Shown in pieces: positions 37,950 to 51,346 of a stretch of DNA of 64,000 nucleotides. How positions within the stretch are numbered: the first letter of the stretch is position 1; every line of letters begins with the position of its first letter. Both the position numbers and the translations under genes were made by a program. Below the pieces are notes generated by a model, which saw only the letters and a list, made by a program, of their open reading frames with translations, was not told the DNA's origin and ran no database searches. The DNA comes from Chiloscyllium plagiosum (lineage: Eukaryota): positions 28,959,792 through 29,023,791 of the forward strand of contig NC_057718.1 of the NCBI RefSeq assembly GCF_004010195.1, given 5' to 3'.

Positions 37950-39990
37950 GGAAGTTGACAGTGCGGTGCTGGAAAAGCACGGCAGGTCAGGCAGCATCTG
38001 AGCAGCAGGAGAGTTGACGTTTTGGGCAAAAGCACTTCATCAGGAATGAGGCTGTGAGCCGAGGGGGTGGTGAAATAAATGGGAGAGGTGTGGGGCTGGG
38101 GAGAAGGTAGCTAAGAGTGCAATAGGGATGGTGGAGTGGGAAGGGTAGTTGAAGTGTTCAGCCAAAGGCCGGTAGGGTTGATTGGTGCAGGTGTCCCGGA
38201 GATGTTCTCTGAAGCGCTCCGAGTAGGCATCCTGTCTCCCCAATGTAGAGGAGACCACATCGGGAGCAATAGATACACTAAATGACGTGTAGGAGTGCAT
38301 GTGAAACTTTGATAGATGTGGAAGGCTCCTTTGGGGCCTTAGATGGAGATGAGTGGGGAGGTGTGGCCGCAGGTTTTGCAATTCCTGCGATGGCAGGGGA
38401 AGGTGCGGGAGGGGAGGGTGGGTTAGTGAGGGGCATGGACCTGATGAGAGTGTTGTGGAGGGAACAGTCTTTATGGGAAGTGGATAGGGGTGGGGAGGGA
38501 AATATATCTCTAGTGGTGGGAGAAATGGTGGAGGATAATGCAATGTATACAAAGGTTGGTGGGGTGGAAGGTGGGGACCGGGGGGTTCTGACCTTGTTGC
38601 GGTTGGAGGGGTGGCTTCTGAGGGTGGAGGTGCAGGAAGTGGATGAGATGCATTGAAGGGCGTCATCAACCAAATTGCGGTCTTTAAAGAAGACGGCCAT
38701 CTGGTGCGTTCTGTGGTGCAACTGGTCCTCCTGGGAGCAGATGTAGTGGAGGCAGAGGAATTGGGAATAAGGGATAGCACTTTTACAGGAGGCAGGGTGG
38801 GAGGAGGTGTATTCCAGGTAGCTGTGGGAGTCAGTGGGTTTGTAGAAGATGTCAGTGTCCGGCTGGTCACCGTTGATGGAGATGAAGAGGTCAAGGAAGG
38901 GGAGGGAGGTGTCTGAGATGGTCCAGGTGAATAAAGGTTGGGGTGGAATGTGTTGGTGAAGTTGATGAACTGTTCAACCTCCTCGTGGGTGCACGAGGTA
39001 GTGCCGATGCAGTCATCAATGTAGCAGAGAAAGAGGTGGGGAGTGTAACTACAGAAGATGGGCTGTTCCATGTAACCGACAAAGAGACAGGCATAGCTGG
39101 GGTGCTCATGGCTACCCTTTTCGTCTGGATGATTCAAAGGAGAAATGATTGAGAGTGAGGTCCAGTTCAGCCAAATGAATGAGAGTGTCAGTGGAAGGGT
39201 ACTAGTGGGGACATCGGGAGTGGAAGAAACTGAGGGCTTGTAGGCCCTTGTCATGGCAGATGAAGGTGTAGAGGGATTGGATGTCCATGGTGAAGATGAG
39301 GCATTGGGGGCCGGTGAAACGAAGGTCTTAGAGGAGGTGGAGGGCGTGGGTGGTGTCCCGAACATATGTGGGGTGTTCCTGGACCGGGGGGATAGGACAG
39401 TATTGAGGTAGGTGGAGATGAGTTGGGTGGGGCGGGGGAGGTCAAGATGATGGGTCGGCTAAGGTAGTCAGGCTTGTGGATCTTGGGTAGGAGGTAGAAC
39501 GGGGCAGTGTGGGGTCCCGAACTATGAGGTTGGAAGCTGTGGGTGAGAGATCCCCTGAGGTGATGAGGTTGTATACGGTCTGGGAGATGATGGTTTGGTG
39601 ATGGGGGGTGAGGTCATGGTCAAGGGAGCAATAGCAGGAAGTGTCTTCAAGTTGGCACCGGGCTTCAGCGGTGTAGAGGTCAGTGCGCCAAACTACCACT
39701 GCACCCCTTTTGTCCGTTGGTTTGATGGTGAGGTTGGGGTTGGAGTGGAGGGATGCACATTGTGAAGACAAGAGGTTGGAGTGGGTGAGGGGGGTGGACA
39801 CGTTGAGGCGGTCAATGTCCAGTGGCAGTTGGAAAGAAAGAGATCAAGGGTGGGTAAAAGACTTGCATTGGTGTCCTAAGTGGATGGGGTGTGTTGGAGG
39901 TGGGCAAAGGGGTCCTTGGAAGGTGGGTGGTAGTCTTGGTGGAAAAGATAAGCCCAGAGGCAGAGGCAGTGGAAGAAGTGTTTTGCCTGA
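37950..39990 (-). mobile_element. Penelope-like retroelement, frameshifted RT plus GIY-YIG
   Basis: LTIKPTDKRGAVVVW, PSYACLFVGYMEQ, YIDDCIG, RFREHL; pseudo-LTR with hammerhead-like core at 38014-38047. Confidence 0.92.
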
Positions 39991-41169
39991 AGAGTGTGGG
40001 AGTCTGCAGGACTGGGTAGATGGAGGGCCACAGCAAGAGGGACATGGACAGGGATGCTGCATGGAGGCACAGGAGAAGGAAACAGGGGAAAGAAGGGCTG
40101 CATCAGGGGTGAGGGAGAGGGAGGCGACAAGGAGTGGAGAATAGTTAAACACATTAACAACGGATACCCAAGCTTACTAGAAGGTAGGAAATCTTGAATT
40201 CACCGAGGTAATTAATTGCTTATAATGTGGAATCTCTAACTTAAGGTTACAGGAGCTACAGTATGGGAAAAATGCACTGTCTGTTGCATGGAAGAAATGA
40301 ACTCTAAGGTAGCAGCTCCATGTGTAAAAATGTTGTTTTTAAGAACTTTTCACTATGTTAAAAAGTCTACAGCTCAATAAAAAATGTCAATCAACCAAAT
40401 CCTTGAAATTTCAATACTTTAAGTTGAACCTCTATTCACCCACCAATCTCTATAAAATGAGACTTGTGCCAAATAACTTACATTAACATACTTCATCTCA
40501 CCCACTTAGTACAGTTAGCACTGTTGCAAGTTTTAGAACCCACTGTCACAATTCCCAGGTAATGCCAGTTCTTAGCAATAATATACACAAAACTTGCACA
40601 CCTTGTACAAAATTCACTAATGAACTCCTTCTCTCTTACATGAGAAGGCTGTGACCAACAGAAGATTGCAGGTGTCACAGCAGCTGGAGGGTAGCATACC
40701 TCTAACGTCCATGGAAGGGGCAATGCTGATCATTAAAGAAAGGCCCACTGGTCACAGAGCCTTCAGAGACTTCTCTTCCACACCCTTCCCTTATACTCTC
40801 ACTTCAAAAGCCTTCTTTAAACCTTAACTCATCAACCACATCTTTCGCCATCAACTTTGATCCTTAATTCACAGCATCTAGGGACATGTTACTACATTAT
40901 GGTAAATGTGTCTAATTGTTAACCTCTTTTCGTTTTTAAGATGTCAACAAACCAGCCCTACATTTCCACCAGTTTTTTTTCCTTTATTTCTTGTCATTTT
41001 TCAATGTTGCCAGCCAAGGTTAAGTAAAGTTAGCTTCAACAATGGTGGCAACTACTCAGAAGTTTCCATCTGGACGTGAACATGCCATGATAATAATCAG
41101 GATAAGGCTTGTTAAGTGGAGAAGCATGTTTTGTAACAGTAAACAAATAAGGAAGTGCAATTTCACAGA

Positions 41170-41880
41170 CACCCACATTTATATTCACATATTATTCAGG
41201 CACAGGGTGGGGTGTTGTATCCCTGAGGCCAGGATCAAGGGTGTCACCATATAGCTGCAGGGTTCTGAAGGGTGAGTGCAAACAGTCAACAGATTATGGT
41301 TTACATTGCGACCAATGAGATAGGTAGATAGAGGGGTAAGGCTCTGCAAAAACATTTAGGGAGTTAGGTAGCAGATTGAAAAAGCAAGACCTCAAGGTCC
41401 TACAATCTCTGGGATTTTTTTTATTCCCGAATGGGATGTGGACATCACTCGCTAGGCCACCATTTTATTTTCCATCATTAATTGTGCAGGATGCAGTTAA
41501 GTGTCAAACACATTGTTGTCAGTCTTGAGTCACACTATAGGCCAGACCAGGTAAAGACAGCAGTTTCCATTCCTAAAAGGCACTAATGAACCAGATGGGT
41601 TTTTCCAGAAATCGACAATGGTTTCATGGTCATCGTTAGATTTTTAATTAAAAATATTAATTGAATTCAAATTCTGCCACATGTCATGATTCAAACCCAG
41701 GTCCCTGGAACATCACCAGAATCTGTGAATTAATAATATCAGTGGGCTATCACATCCCAATGCCACATGTTGGTGAGTATAGAATAAGGTAGATGGGATG
41801 AATGGTGTCTGAAGAGTTGGAGCACAAGGGAAGGCGTTAGATTCCTGGATCACTGAGTTCATTTCTGAAAAAGGTAGGAT
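41170..41880 (+). mobile_element. CR1 ORF1 (esterase-like) remnant, interrupted by a SINE
   Basis: CCIPEARIKGV and ggtttacattgcgaccaatgagatagg (cf. CxPGA / VHIGTNDIG). Confidence 0.6.
41420..41765 (-). mobile_element. tRNA-derived SINE, second family
   Basis: Shares gagtcac...taggccagaccagg and B-box-like end with 44340-44660. Confidence 0.7.
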
Positions 41881-41889
41881 TTGTGATGG

Positions 41890-42300
41890 ACAAGCAACCA
41901 GCTTGATCAGCACCACATCTTCAAATATTCACTGCCTCTATTATTGATGCTCAGTAACAGCAGTGTGTATTATCCACAAGATTGGCCACAGAAATTCACC
42001 AAGGCTCCTTAGGCAGCACCTTCTAAACTCAGGGTCACTATAATCTGGAAGGACAAAGGCAGCAGATACATGGGAACACTAGCACCTGCAAGTTTTCCTC
42101 CAAGCCACTCCCCATCTTGACCTGGAAATATATCACCGTTCCTTCAGTGTTGCTGGGTCAAAATCATCAAAGTCCTTACTAAATGGCACTATGGATGACA
42201 GCGAGAAGGCAGCCCATCACCCAATTCTCAAGGGTCCTAGGGAAGGGCACTAAATGTTGGCCCAGCCAGTGATGCCCACATTCCATGTGCGAATTAAAAA
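41890..42300 (+). mobile_element. CR1/L2-group LINE 3' end
   Basis: Same tail as 530-890 and 1640-1865. Confidence 0.7.
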
Positions 42301-43720
42301 GGAACATCAGAGCTAACAAGCAGAAAGGAGCAAAGGAGAGTTGAATCAGTAACATGGGTCTGAACTTTAAAATTCCTAACAGTATGTAAATTATAACAGG
42401 TGGCCTTCCTGCCGCCTACCGACCCACCCAAAACATGTCTGTAATTCTGTGGATGGGAGGAGGGAAGATACCCGGCATCCTGTCTACCCTTTGGATGACT
42501 GAGGCCCTTGTGACCTCCTTCACGTGTTCAATGTAGCCACTTCACCCTCCCACCCATTTCCCCCACTATAGAACTGCAGGCCATCTGATCTAACGCAAGA
42601 CTTAAAACCAAGAAACGAGAGAAAGTTTCATCATAAAGGAAATAGCATTGCTTCCAGCACTATTGTGGGTGGGAGTAGGATCCCACATTTTAGCTGGGGG
42701 TGGGGGCTGGGGGTGGGGAAGAGGGCAGAATCTGTAGCACATGGTAAAATCCACTCCACAGGAGCAGAATCTACAGCAACTGAGGTCCTGAAGCAGCAGA
42801 TTAAACAAACTGAAGAATGCAGACGATCAGAAACCTGATTTCACAAAGGTAACACAAATATTCTAACAGAGGCAGACCAGCAGGACACTCAGGATGAGAC
42901 TTTGTTGATAGTGGAAGTCACTATAAAATTTCAGGGCCATGGAAGACATTGATTCTCTCTAAGATTCAACACGGATCCTACAGTTAGGGCACTACAGGTT
43001 GTTTGGAACAATCGGCTGAATAATCCTTCTCCTTGAAAATTAATAGGAGACCAACAAATCTAATTAGGGAGCAAGTCAAATCCACAGATTGTGAAAACAA
43101 ACTCTTCAGTTTTTTGGAACCGTGATATTAACAGGTATACTGTGATCTGGATCCATTATAATGTTGTTAGAAAGAATTTTGCGATCTGTATATATGCTGC
43201 CTGCACGTGAAATAAAATATTATCGAAGAACCTTTCTCATCAAATTTAGTGAGTCAGATATAGTCCTGTGTAGATAATACAGTTCTGTCAAGTGCTGTAA
43301 ACAAATGATCCACCTGTTCATTTACTAAGTCAAAATTTTAAACAATTAAGACTCCAATGCATTTGGTTGCAGAATAATATTGAGACTAATGAATTATTGC
43401 CCCAAAAATTCCAACTACTGTTGGAATAGATTTGATCAGCAGTAATCTTTTAAATCATCACTTACCTGTCAGCTATTTATCCAACCAAAATTCACAGTAG
43501 GCCTTTTTTTGAATGTTCTCTCATTTACTCCCACGGCATAAAATTTTAATTGCAGCTGAAGTCAAACAAATTCTCGTTTACTCTGTACAAATGGACGCAA
43601 ACCACTTGCCTTCCATGCAGAAATTCTGAGCCAGTCACATAGCTTAAAACAGGAGCAAAACAATGGCTAGCAATACAAATGGATTGGTCTGGTTGTTCCT
43701 GAAAAGGATTGTGTAGGGAT

Positions 43721-43947
43721 TGTAACAAGGTCAGCCAGCTGGACCTCATAGAAAATAGGCTCCCTGATTGATTGGGCCAGATCAACAACACCAGAGAGGC
43801 CTGGGTGACATAAAAGAAAAAAAATATCAGGGTTATGGAGAGACTGAGCACCTGACTCAGTGAGAAGCAGTGCTATTGTCAAAGGCTAAGCATTTGGAAA
43901 TAAAAGGCAGTCGGTGATGGGATGCAGGCATTCGAAGAGTTACTTCA
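43721..43947 (+). mobile_element. Solo LTR
   Basis: tgtaacaaggtcagccagctggacctcataga...aataaa...gagttacttca; both ends match the reverse complement of 22917-23123. Confidence 0.75.
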
Positions 43948-44334
43948 GGTTCCTGTGGGAAAAATGCATTAACTTTATAATTTCAGACATTGGAAGCCAA
44001 ATAATTTTACAGATTGCACTTTTAGATAACTTACTTATAAGTCATTTAAAATATTAAATTACAGGATGGAAACATAAAATGCTCCCAACAACTGCACTGC
44101 CAAAATTCACTTGGAATGGGTTTGACAGGTTAACAGTCCAATCATTTCTGAGAAATATAATTTTTCATTTTAAGGTTTTCTATTTTCCTTCAGGCTGAGG
44201 TTGCTGAATCAGTGAATAAATGGCTGTGTTACAAAGTTATGTCTCTAGTTTTTTTTAGCCATTATCTATTGATACCTTGATTTCGAATGATGCTTCTTGG
44301 CCAGCCATTACTTCATTTGCTAACAGTTCTTTTT

Positions 44335-44665
44335 TATTCTTTCATGGGATACAGGAATTGCTGCTTGTTGCTCACCCCCATTTGTTCGGCCTATTTAGAG
44401 GGGGGGTGGCTCAATGATGTTACAGTGGGTCTGGAGTCACATGTAGGCCAGACCAGGATAAGGATAATTTCTTTCTCTTAAGGACAGTGAATCATATTTA
44501 CTACTATCAATAGTAGCTTCATGGATACAGTTACTGGTGACTAGCTTTATCTGCCAGATTGAATTTAAACTCCACCAGCTGTCATAGTGCAATTTGAACC
44601 TATGTCCTTCAGAGTATCGGTCTGGGTGGATTATTAGTCCAGTGACATTACCACTACATCATACC
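44335..44665 (-). mobile_element. tRNA-derived SINE, second family
   Basis: Homologous to 41420-41765. Confidence 0.65.
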
Positions 44666-44749
44666 TTATTTGATTGTAAGATAATGCAAATTGACACCTT
44701 AGCCATGGAGTAAAACTCAGCAGTCTAAACAATGCTCTGTTATGTCAGA

Positions 44750-45045
44750 GAGTTGTTCAGATCCTTCAGTTCAACTCATCCATGCTGACCAGATGTCCTA
44801 AATTAATCTAGTCTCATTTGCCAGCTTTTGGCCCATATCCCTCCAAACCCGTCTATTCATGCAGTCATCCAGATGCCTTTTAAATGTTGTAATCGTACCA
44901 GCCTCCACCACTTCCTCTGGCAGCTCATTCCATAAACACATCACTCTCTGTGAAAAAGTTGTCCCTAAGGTCTGATTTATATCTTTCCCTTCTCAGCTTA
45001 AACCTATGCCCTTTAGTTTTGGACTCCCCCAACCTGGAGAAAGAT
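44750..45045 (-). mobile_element. CR1 3' fragment
   Basis: Matches 13860-14060. Confidence 0.85.
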
Positions 45046-45384
45046 TTGAAGATCGGTTATTTGAAGATAACATCTGAGGGTAAAATGATTTCAAATTCCA
45101 TTTTACCTCAGTATGCTGCTCTGTTGCAAATTAATAACATATTTGCCCAGATATTTACTTTTCTGAGAAATGTAGTATTTGTACCTAAAAGTCTGTTGGG
45201 TCCTTGAATACCATATTCATGTCCAGTTTCTTATGTTACAGGAGATTACATAACTATTTCCATATCAGGTAAACATGCTGTTAGAGGTAAACTCACACCA
45301 GAAACTACATCTTATACCAGGCAACCTGAATCAACCACAGATTGCTCCATAGGAATAGGAACATCTTAACCAAACATGTCTTCG

Positions 45385-47600
45385 AGTCATAGAGTCGTAC
45401 AGCACAGAAGCAGACCCTTCAGTCCTGTTCATGTTAGAGTGCGTATTTCAGTGAGATGAGCAACTTTGAACAGCAAAACATCTGATTCAATCAAACTTCT
45501 TAAAATTTAATGTAGACCATACTAAAGTGGATATCTCAGTGAGATAAGCACATTGACACATCAAAATCCCTAATCCAAGTTTCCCAAACTAAACTAGTCC
45601 CACCTGCCTGTGTTTGGTTCATGTCCCTCTAAACCCTTCCTATTCACGTACCTGATGACTTTTAAATGACTTTTAAATATTCTAACTGTACCTGCATCTA
45701 TCACTTCCTCGAGCCGTTCATTCCACATATGAATGACTCTCTATGTGTAAAAGGTGTTCCTGAGGTCCCTTTTAAATCTTTCTCCTCTCACCTTAAAAAT
45801 ATGCCCCTGAGTTTTGAAGTCCCCCAAGTTAGGTTAAAAACCTTTGTTATTCACCTTACCTATGCCCCTCATAACTTTATAAATCTCTATAAGGCCACCC
45901 CTCAACCTCCCACACGCCAGTGAAAAATGTCATAGCCTATACAGCCTATAATTAAAACTCAAACCCTCCAGACCTGGCAACATCCTGGTAAATCTTTTCT
46001 GAACCCTCTCCAATTTAATAATATCCTTCTTATAGCAGGGCAAACAGAACTGTACACAGTATTCATCAACATCCTGTACAACGTCAACATGTCCTAACTC
46101 CTATATGTTCTTAGCAATGAAAACAAGTGTGCTAAACACATTCTCGCCATCTTAACCACTCTGTTTACCTGCAACGCAACTTTCAAAGAACTATGTTCCT
46201 GAACCCCTAGTACTCTCTGTTTGACAACACTACCCAGGGCCCTACCATTAAGTGGATACGTCCTGCCATTGTTCATTTTACCAAAATGCAATACGTCATT
46301 TTCATCCAAATTAAACTCCATCTGCCACTCCTCAGCTCATTGGCCTAATTGATCAAGATTATTTTGTAATCTCACAAACTTCTTCACTGTTGACTATACC
46401 AACAATTTGTTGTTATTTGCAAACTTACTAACCATGCCTCTTAAATTCTCATCCAAATTGATTATACAAATCACAAACAGAAATGGACTCAGCACTGACC
46501 TCTGATCACAGACCTCCAAACTGATAAACAACCCTTTACCACCATCTTCTGTCTCCTACCATCAAGCCAATTTTGTATCCAATTGACAAGCTCACTCTGA
46601 ATCCCATATGGTCTAACTTTACTAATTAGTCTACTTTGCAAAACCTTGCCTAAGGCTTTACTAAAGTCCATGAAAACAACAACTACCACTCTGCCCTCAA
46701 TCCTTTTGGTTACATTCTCAAAAAACTCAATCAAGTGTGTGAAACACAATTTGCCATGCACAAAGCTAAGCTGACTATCCCTAATCAGTTCTTGCCTCCC
46801 CAAATGCATGTAAATCCTTTCTCTCACAATCCCCTCCAACAACTTACCCACCACTCATGTCAGACTCACAGGTCTTCTCAGGCTTCTCTTTACAAACTTA
46901 CTTAAATAAAGGTACTATATTATTCACTCTCCAGTCCTCCGGCACCTCACAATGGATGTTGATAATACAAGTATCTCTCCCAGGAGCCCTGCAATTTCTT
47001 CCCTAACTTCCTATAATGTCCTGGGATACACACGATCAGGTCCTGGAGATTAATCCACTTTTTTTTTAAGACTTCCAGCAGTTACTCTTCTGCAATGTGT
47101 ACTGTTTTCAAAACATCAACATTTACTTCTGAGTTCCCTAGCCCCTATCTTTTTCTCCACAGTAAAAACCAATGCAAAATATTCATTTAGTACCTCTCCC
47201 ATCTCCTGAGGTTTCACACATAGATGACCTTGTTAATCTTTAAGGGACCCTATTCTCTCCCTAGTAGCTGTTTTGCTCTTAATGTACTTGTAGAATCTCT
47301 TTGGATTAATCTTAATCTTATCTGCCAAGGTTATCTCATATCTCCTTTCTGCTCTCCTGATTTCTCTCTTAAGAATGCTCCTACATCCCTTAAACTCTTC
47401 AAGAGATTCATTTGATCCTAGTTTTCTGTACCTAATAAATTACTCTCTCTTATTCTCAACCAGAGCCTCAATATCTTTACCTGACTCTTACCAGTTTTAC
47501 CTTTCACTCTAACAGGAACAAAATGCCCTGAACTCTCATTCTCTCACTTTTGAATGCCTCCCACTTGCCAGTCATCCCTCTACCTATGAAGATTCTGTCA
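45385..47600 (-). mobile_element. CR1 LINE ORF2 to 3' end
   Basis: VGKLLEGIVRERIYMHL..FMDFSKALGKV..WIQNWLDGRRQK; MEFNLDENDVLHFGK. Confidence 0.9.
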
Positions 47601-48159
47601 CCCCAAAGTTAACTCTGGATTTCTTCATTCTTTCATCATCCAGAGCAGAGAACATGGAAATATAATGTATGAGGAACAGGAGTAAGATAATTTTAACAGT
47701 ACATACGCAAAGTATATTATGCCAACATTTCCACTTGTATCAGCTTCCAATTTCCATGAATAAGATATGAATTACTCTTTGCATTTTTAATATTTCCAAC
47801 AAATTTCAATTGAAAAATACAGTACCATCAATTTAGCATTAAATATTAGTTTAGCACTAAATTGGGCATTATATTGGTTAACTTTTAATGATAACTTTTT
47901 TCAATTAATACATTTATTCGAATTAATTTAAAAATGTTATTTACTTTAGAGTCAGTATTCACAATAGGAATCTATCAGGTGCTGTCTGGTGTAACAGCTT
48001 GGTAACAGGGAACAAGTTTATTTTAAACTCAAAGAAAAATGAGACATCAAAAACATAATGCATCCAGTGACAATATATTAGAGTAACCAAACCAGAAAGT
48101 GTTGAATCTGAACAATAGTTAATGTGCAACTGAACACATAATCCAGAGTATGTCAGAGC

Positions 48160-48835
48160 AGAAGATAAGGCTGAAGCATATGCAATAATCTTTAGCCAGA
48201 AGGCCCGAGTGAATAATCCATCTCAGTCTCCAGTGATCCCCTACATCATAGATGCCAATCTTCAGTGAATTTGATTCACAGCACGTGACATCAAAAAATG
48301 ATTGGAGGCACTGGATACTGCAAAGGCTTTAGGCCCTGACAAGATTTCAGGAATATTATTGAAGACCTGTACTCCAGTACATGCTGCACTCATAGTTAAG
48401 TTTTTTAGTACAGCTACTGGCATCTACCCAGTAACGAGGAAAATTGCTGAGGTACATCCTGTACACAAAGCAGGACAAATCCAACCCAACCAATTTCTGC
48501 CCAATCAGTCTACTCTCAATCATCAGTGAAGAGATGGAAGGTGTCACCAACAGTGCTATCAAGCAGTACCTGCTCAGCAATAACCTGCTCAAAAGGACAA
48601 GGGCAGCAGATATCTGAGAACAACACCCTTCACCATTCTGACTTAGAAATATATCACTATTCCTTTAGTATTGCTGGTTCAAGATCCTGGAATTTCTTTC
48701 CTAACATCATTGTGGGTCTGCCTACAGCAGATGGACTGCAGCAGTTCAAGAAGGCAGGTCATCATCACGTTCTCAAGGAGAACTAGGGATTGGCAATATA
48801 TGCTTAACCAGCCTTCGATGCCTACATCGAGAGAA
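48160..48835 (+). mobile_element. CR1/L2-group LINE fragment with internal deletion
   Basis: LDTAKALGPDKISGILLKTC..VHPVHK joined directly to the 3' tail. Confidence 0.75.
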
Positions 48836-50349
48836 TTCAAAAGTATAAATCTTACAGTACTGATTGCAACATTTATTTTATATGTATTGTATATTGTATA
48901 TAATTAAGTAAGGTTTGTAAAATGTGGAGGTTTAATAAACTAAATTTAATGGAAACATTAAATTGACCTTGTCAAAAATAGACTTCTTTTAAAACCCCAG
49001 TCGAGATGACCACCTAATGCGTATACTGTGTATTCCAGATTCCTTACCACTCCTGTGGCACAGTGGTAGTGTCCCTACCTCTAGACCAGAAAGCCTGGCT
49101 CAAATCCCACTTGCTCCAGAAGTGTATAATAACATCTCTGAACAGGTTGGCAACCCTATGGAGGGTTGAAAATATCTATATTCCTACCTCATTAAAAAGT
49201 TAACAATGTCAATCAGCTGAAATATTTAATCATTAAAGACTGACAATTACAGGCTAATTACCTGCTATCATACAAGTTACAAATGAAATATATGCTTTTT
49301 TATGACCATGAGTGAATTGTGAAGCCTTTCACACTCCTCAAGAGGTCAATGTCTTTGGGTTTTTCCAAATGCGGTTGGAATGTGGACTATGGATACTTTC
49401 TGATCATGATTGAATTACTGGTACATGTTTGTGTGTTTTAAGCACATTTCCTGAGCAGCTTAAAGCTAGGTCTGGAACCTCCTGCCTCTCATTCTTTTTC
49501 TCTCTCTCTTCCTACATTATCTTCAATGTCTAAGTCTTGCCTGTCATTGTTGGCTCTCTTTCCAAATGCAGAAATTGCAGATTTTAAACTCTAACATTGA
49601 GTCTCCAGAAGTACAATTAACTCAGTTAACTACATCTTTAAGGTGGAATCATCAAGACCATTGAATTCAGCCTGAAACCAGTTGATTCACCTAATAGTTA
49701 ACTGTATTGACGTTTATTTGCCTGTAATTTGGCCAGCCTATCTGAGCCCAGTCTGAAAATGTGACACTGTTATCCAAGAAAGGAAAGAGGGAGAAGACAG
49801 GGACTTGCAGGAAGTTGATAGGAAAGTGCTGGCTCCTATTATACAAGAAATCCAACAATGAAGTTAAAAAGTTATAGTATGATCAGACAAAGTCAACACA
49901 GTTTTATGAAAGGCAAATAGTGCTTAACAAATTTATTAGAACTATTGAGAAGGCAAATAACAGGACATATTTAGGGAAACCGGTAGATGTTTATACTTAG
50001 ACTTCAAAAAGGCATTCCATAAAGTGCCACAAAAAACATTAACAGCCAAAACTGGGTGATTGAGTGGGATAATACAGCATGGGAAAAGAACCGGTTATTG
50101 TACAAGAAGCAATAAGTAGTCATAAACAGAAAATTTTTAAGTTAGCACACCGTGACTACTGCATGGATCAATGTTGTGTTTTCTGCTATTTACAATTTCA
50201 TGGCTTGAACAAAGATTTTGACAATAATATAGCTAGGTTTGCCAATAATACAAAGCTAAGTGAAAATGTAAGTTGTGAAGAGGATTCAAAGAGGCTGAAT
50301 AGAAATAGACAGATTGGGTGGTCAACAAGATGGACTATAAAGTGGGCAA

Positions 50350-50525
50350 GGAGGAGAAAATGAGGACTGCAGATGCTGGAGACCAGAGTTGAAAAGTGTG
50401 GTGCTGGAAAAGCGCAGCAGGCCAGGCAGCTTCCAGAAGAAGGGCTTATGTCTGAAACGTCGATTCTCCTGCTCCTCGAATGCTGCATGGCCTGCTGCGC
50501 TTTTCCAGCACCACACTTTTCAACA
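50350..50525. mobile_element. Palindromic PLE-derived mini-element, family A
   Basis: Perfect 14-bp TSD tataaagtgggcaa (50336-50349, 50526-50539). Confidence 0.92.
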
Positions 50526-51176
50526 TATAAAGTGGGCAAAAACTAGGTTACTGAGTTTGATAAAAACAAAGAAAAATAGAATTTGAAAGATGTGAAACGT
50601 GCGAGTCTTGGTGTTGAGAGAGACTTAGACATACATATCACGGAACTCCAAAGAGTTAGTGCGCAGATACAGCAAGCAATTAGAAAAGGAAACAGCGCCT
50701 TGATCTTTACTGCAAGGGAATTAATGGAGATGAATAAAGATGACTTACTGTAATTATGCAGGGTTTTGTTGAAATGATACCTGGTGTATCATGTGCAATT
50801 TTGCTCTCTATATTTAAAGGAAATGCAACACTGAGGACAGCATAGTCAAAGTTCATGAGAGTGGTCCCTGGAATAAGAGACTGTTGTTTGGTGAGACGCT
50901 GACTGAACTGTGTCTATATTCCCTAGAGTTTCAGATGATTTAATCAAAATGTACGCACAAAATTCTGAAAGAGTTTGACAGGATAGTTACTGAAAATTAT
51001 TTCTGCTGGTTGGGGGAAGTGGGAACGCAAGAAAACAGTCTCAGGATAATATAGCTGATTGCTCAGGACTGAGGTGAGAGGAAATCTTCTCAGTCAAGAG
51101 GTTTTGAATCTTTAGAAATCTCTCTATATGGTTGTGAATTTACTCTAATTAAAGGCTAAATCACCATATATATGGG

Positions 51177-51346
51177 TCTAGATTAGAGTGGTGCTGGAAA
51201 AGCACAGCAATCTGATTCCTGAAGAAGGGCTTTTGCCCAAAACGTCGAGTTTCCTGCTCCTCGGATGCTGCCTGACCTGCTGGGCTTTTCCAGAACCACT
51301 CTAATCTCGACTCTGATTTCCAGCATCTGCAGTCCTCACTTTTGCC
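51177..51346 (+). mobile_element. Palindromic PLE-derived mini-element, family A
   Basis: 15-bp TSD with 2 mismatches (caccatatatatggg / caccagacatatggg); core ctgaagaagggcttttgcccaaaacgtc. Confidence 0.88.

Noticed and set aside
42355..42760. Possible non-autonomous DNA transposon (also ~53460-53860)
   Set aside because: GC-richer than flanks, but terminal inverted repeats and TSD could not be defined.
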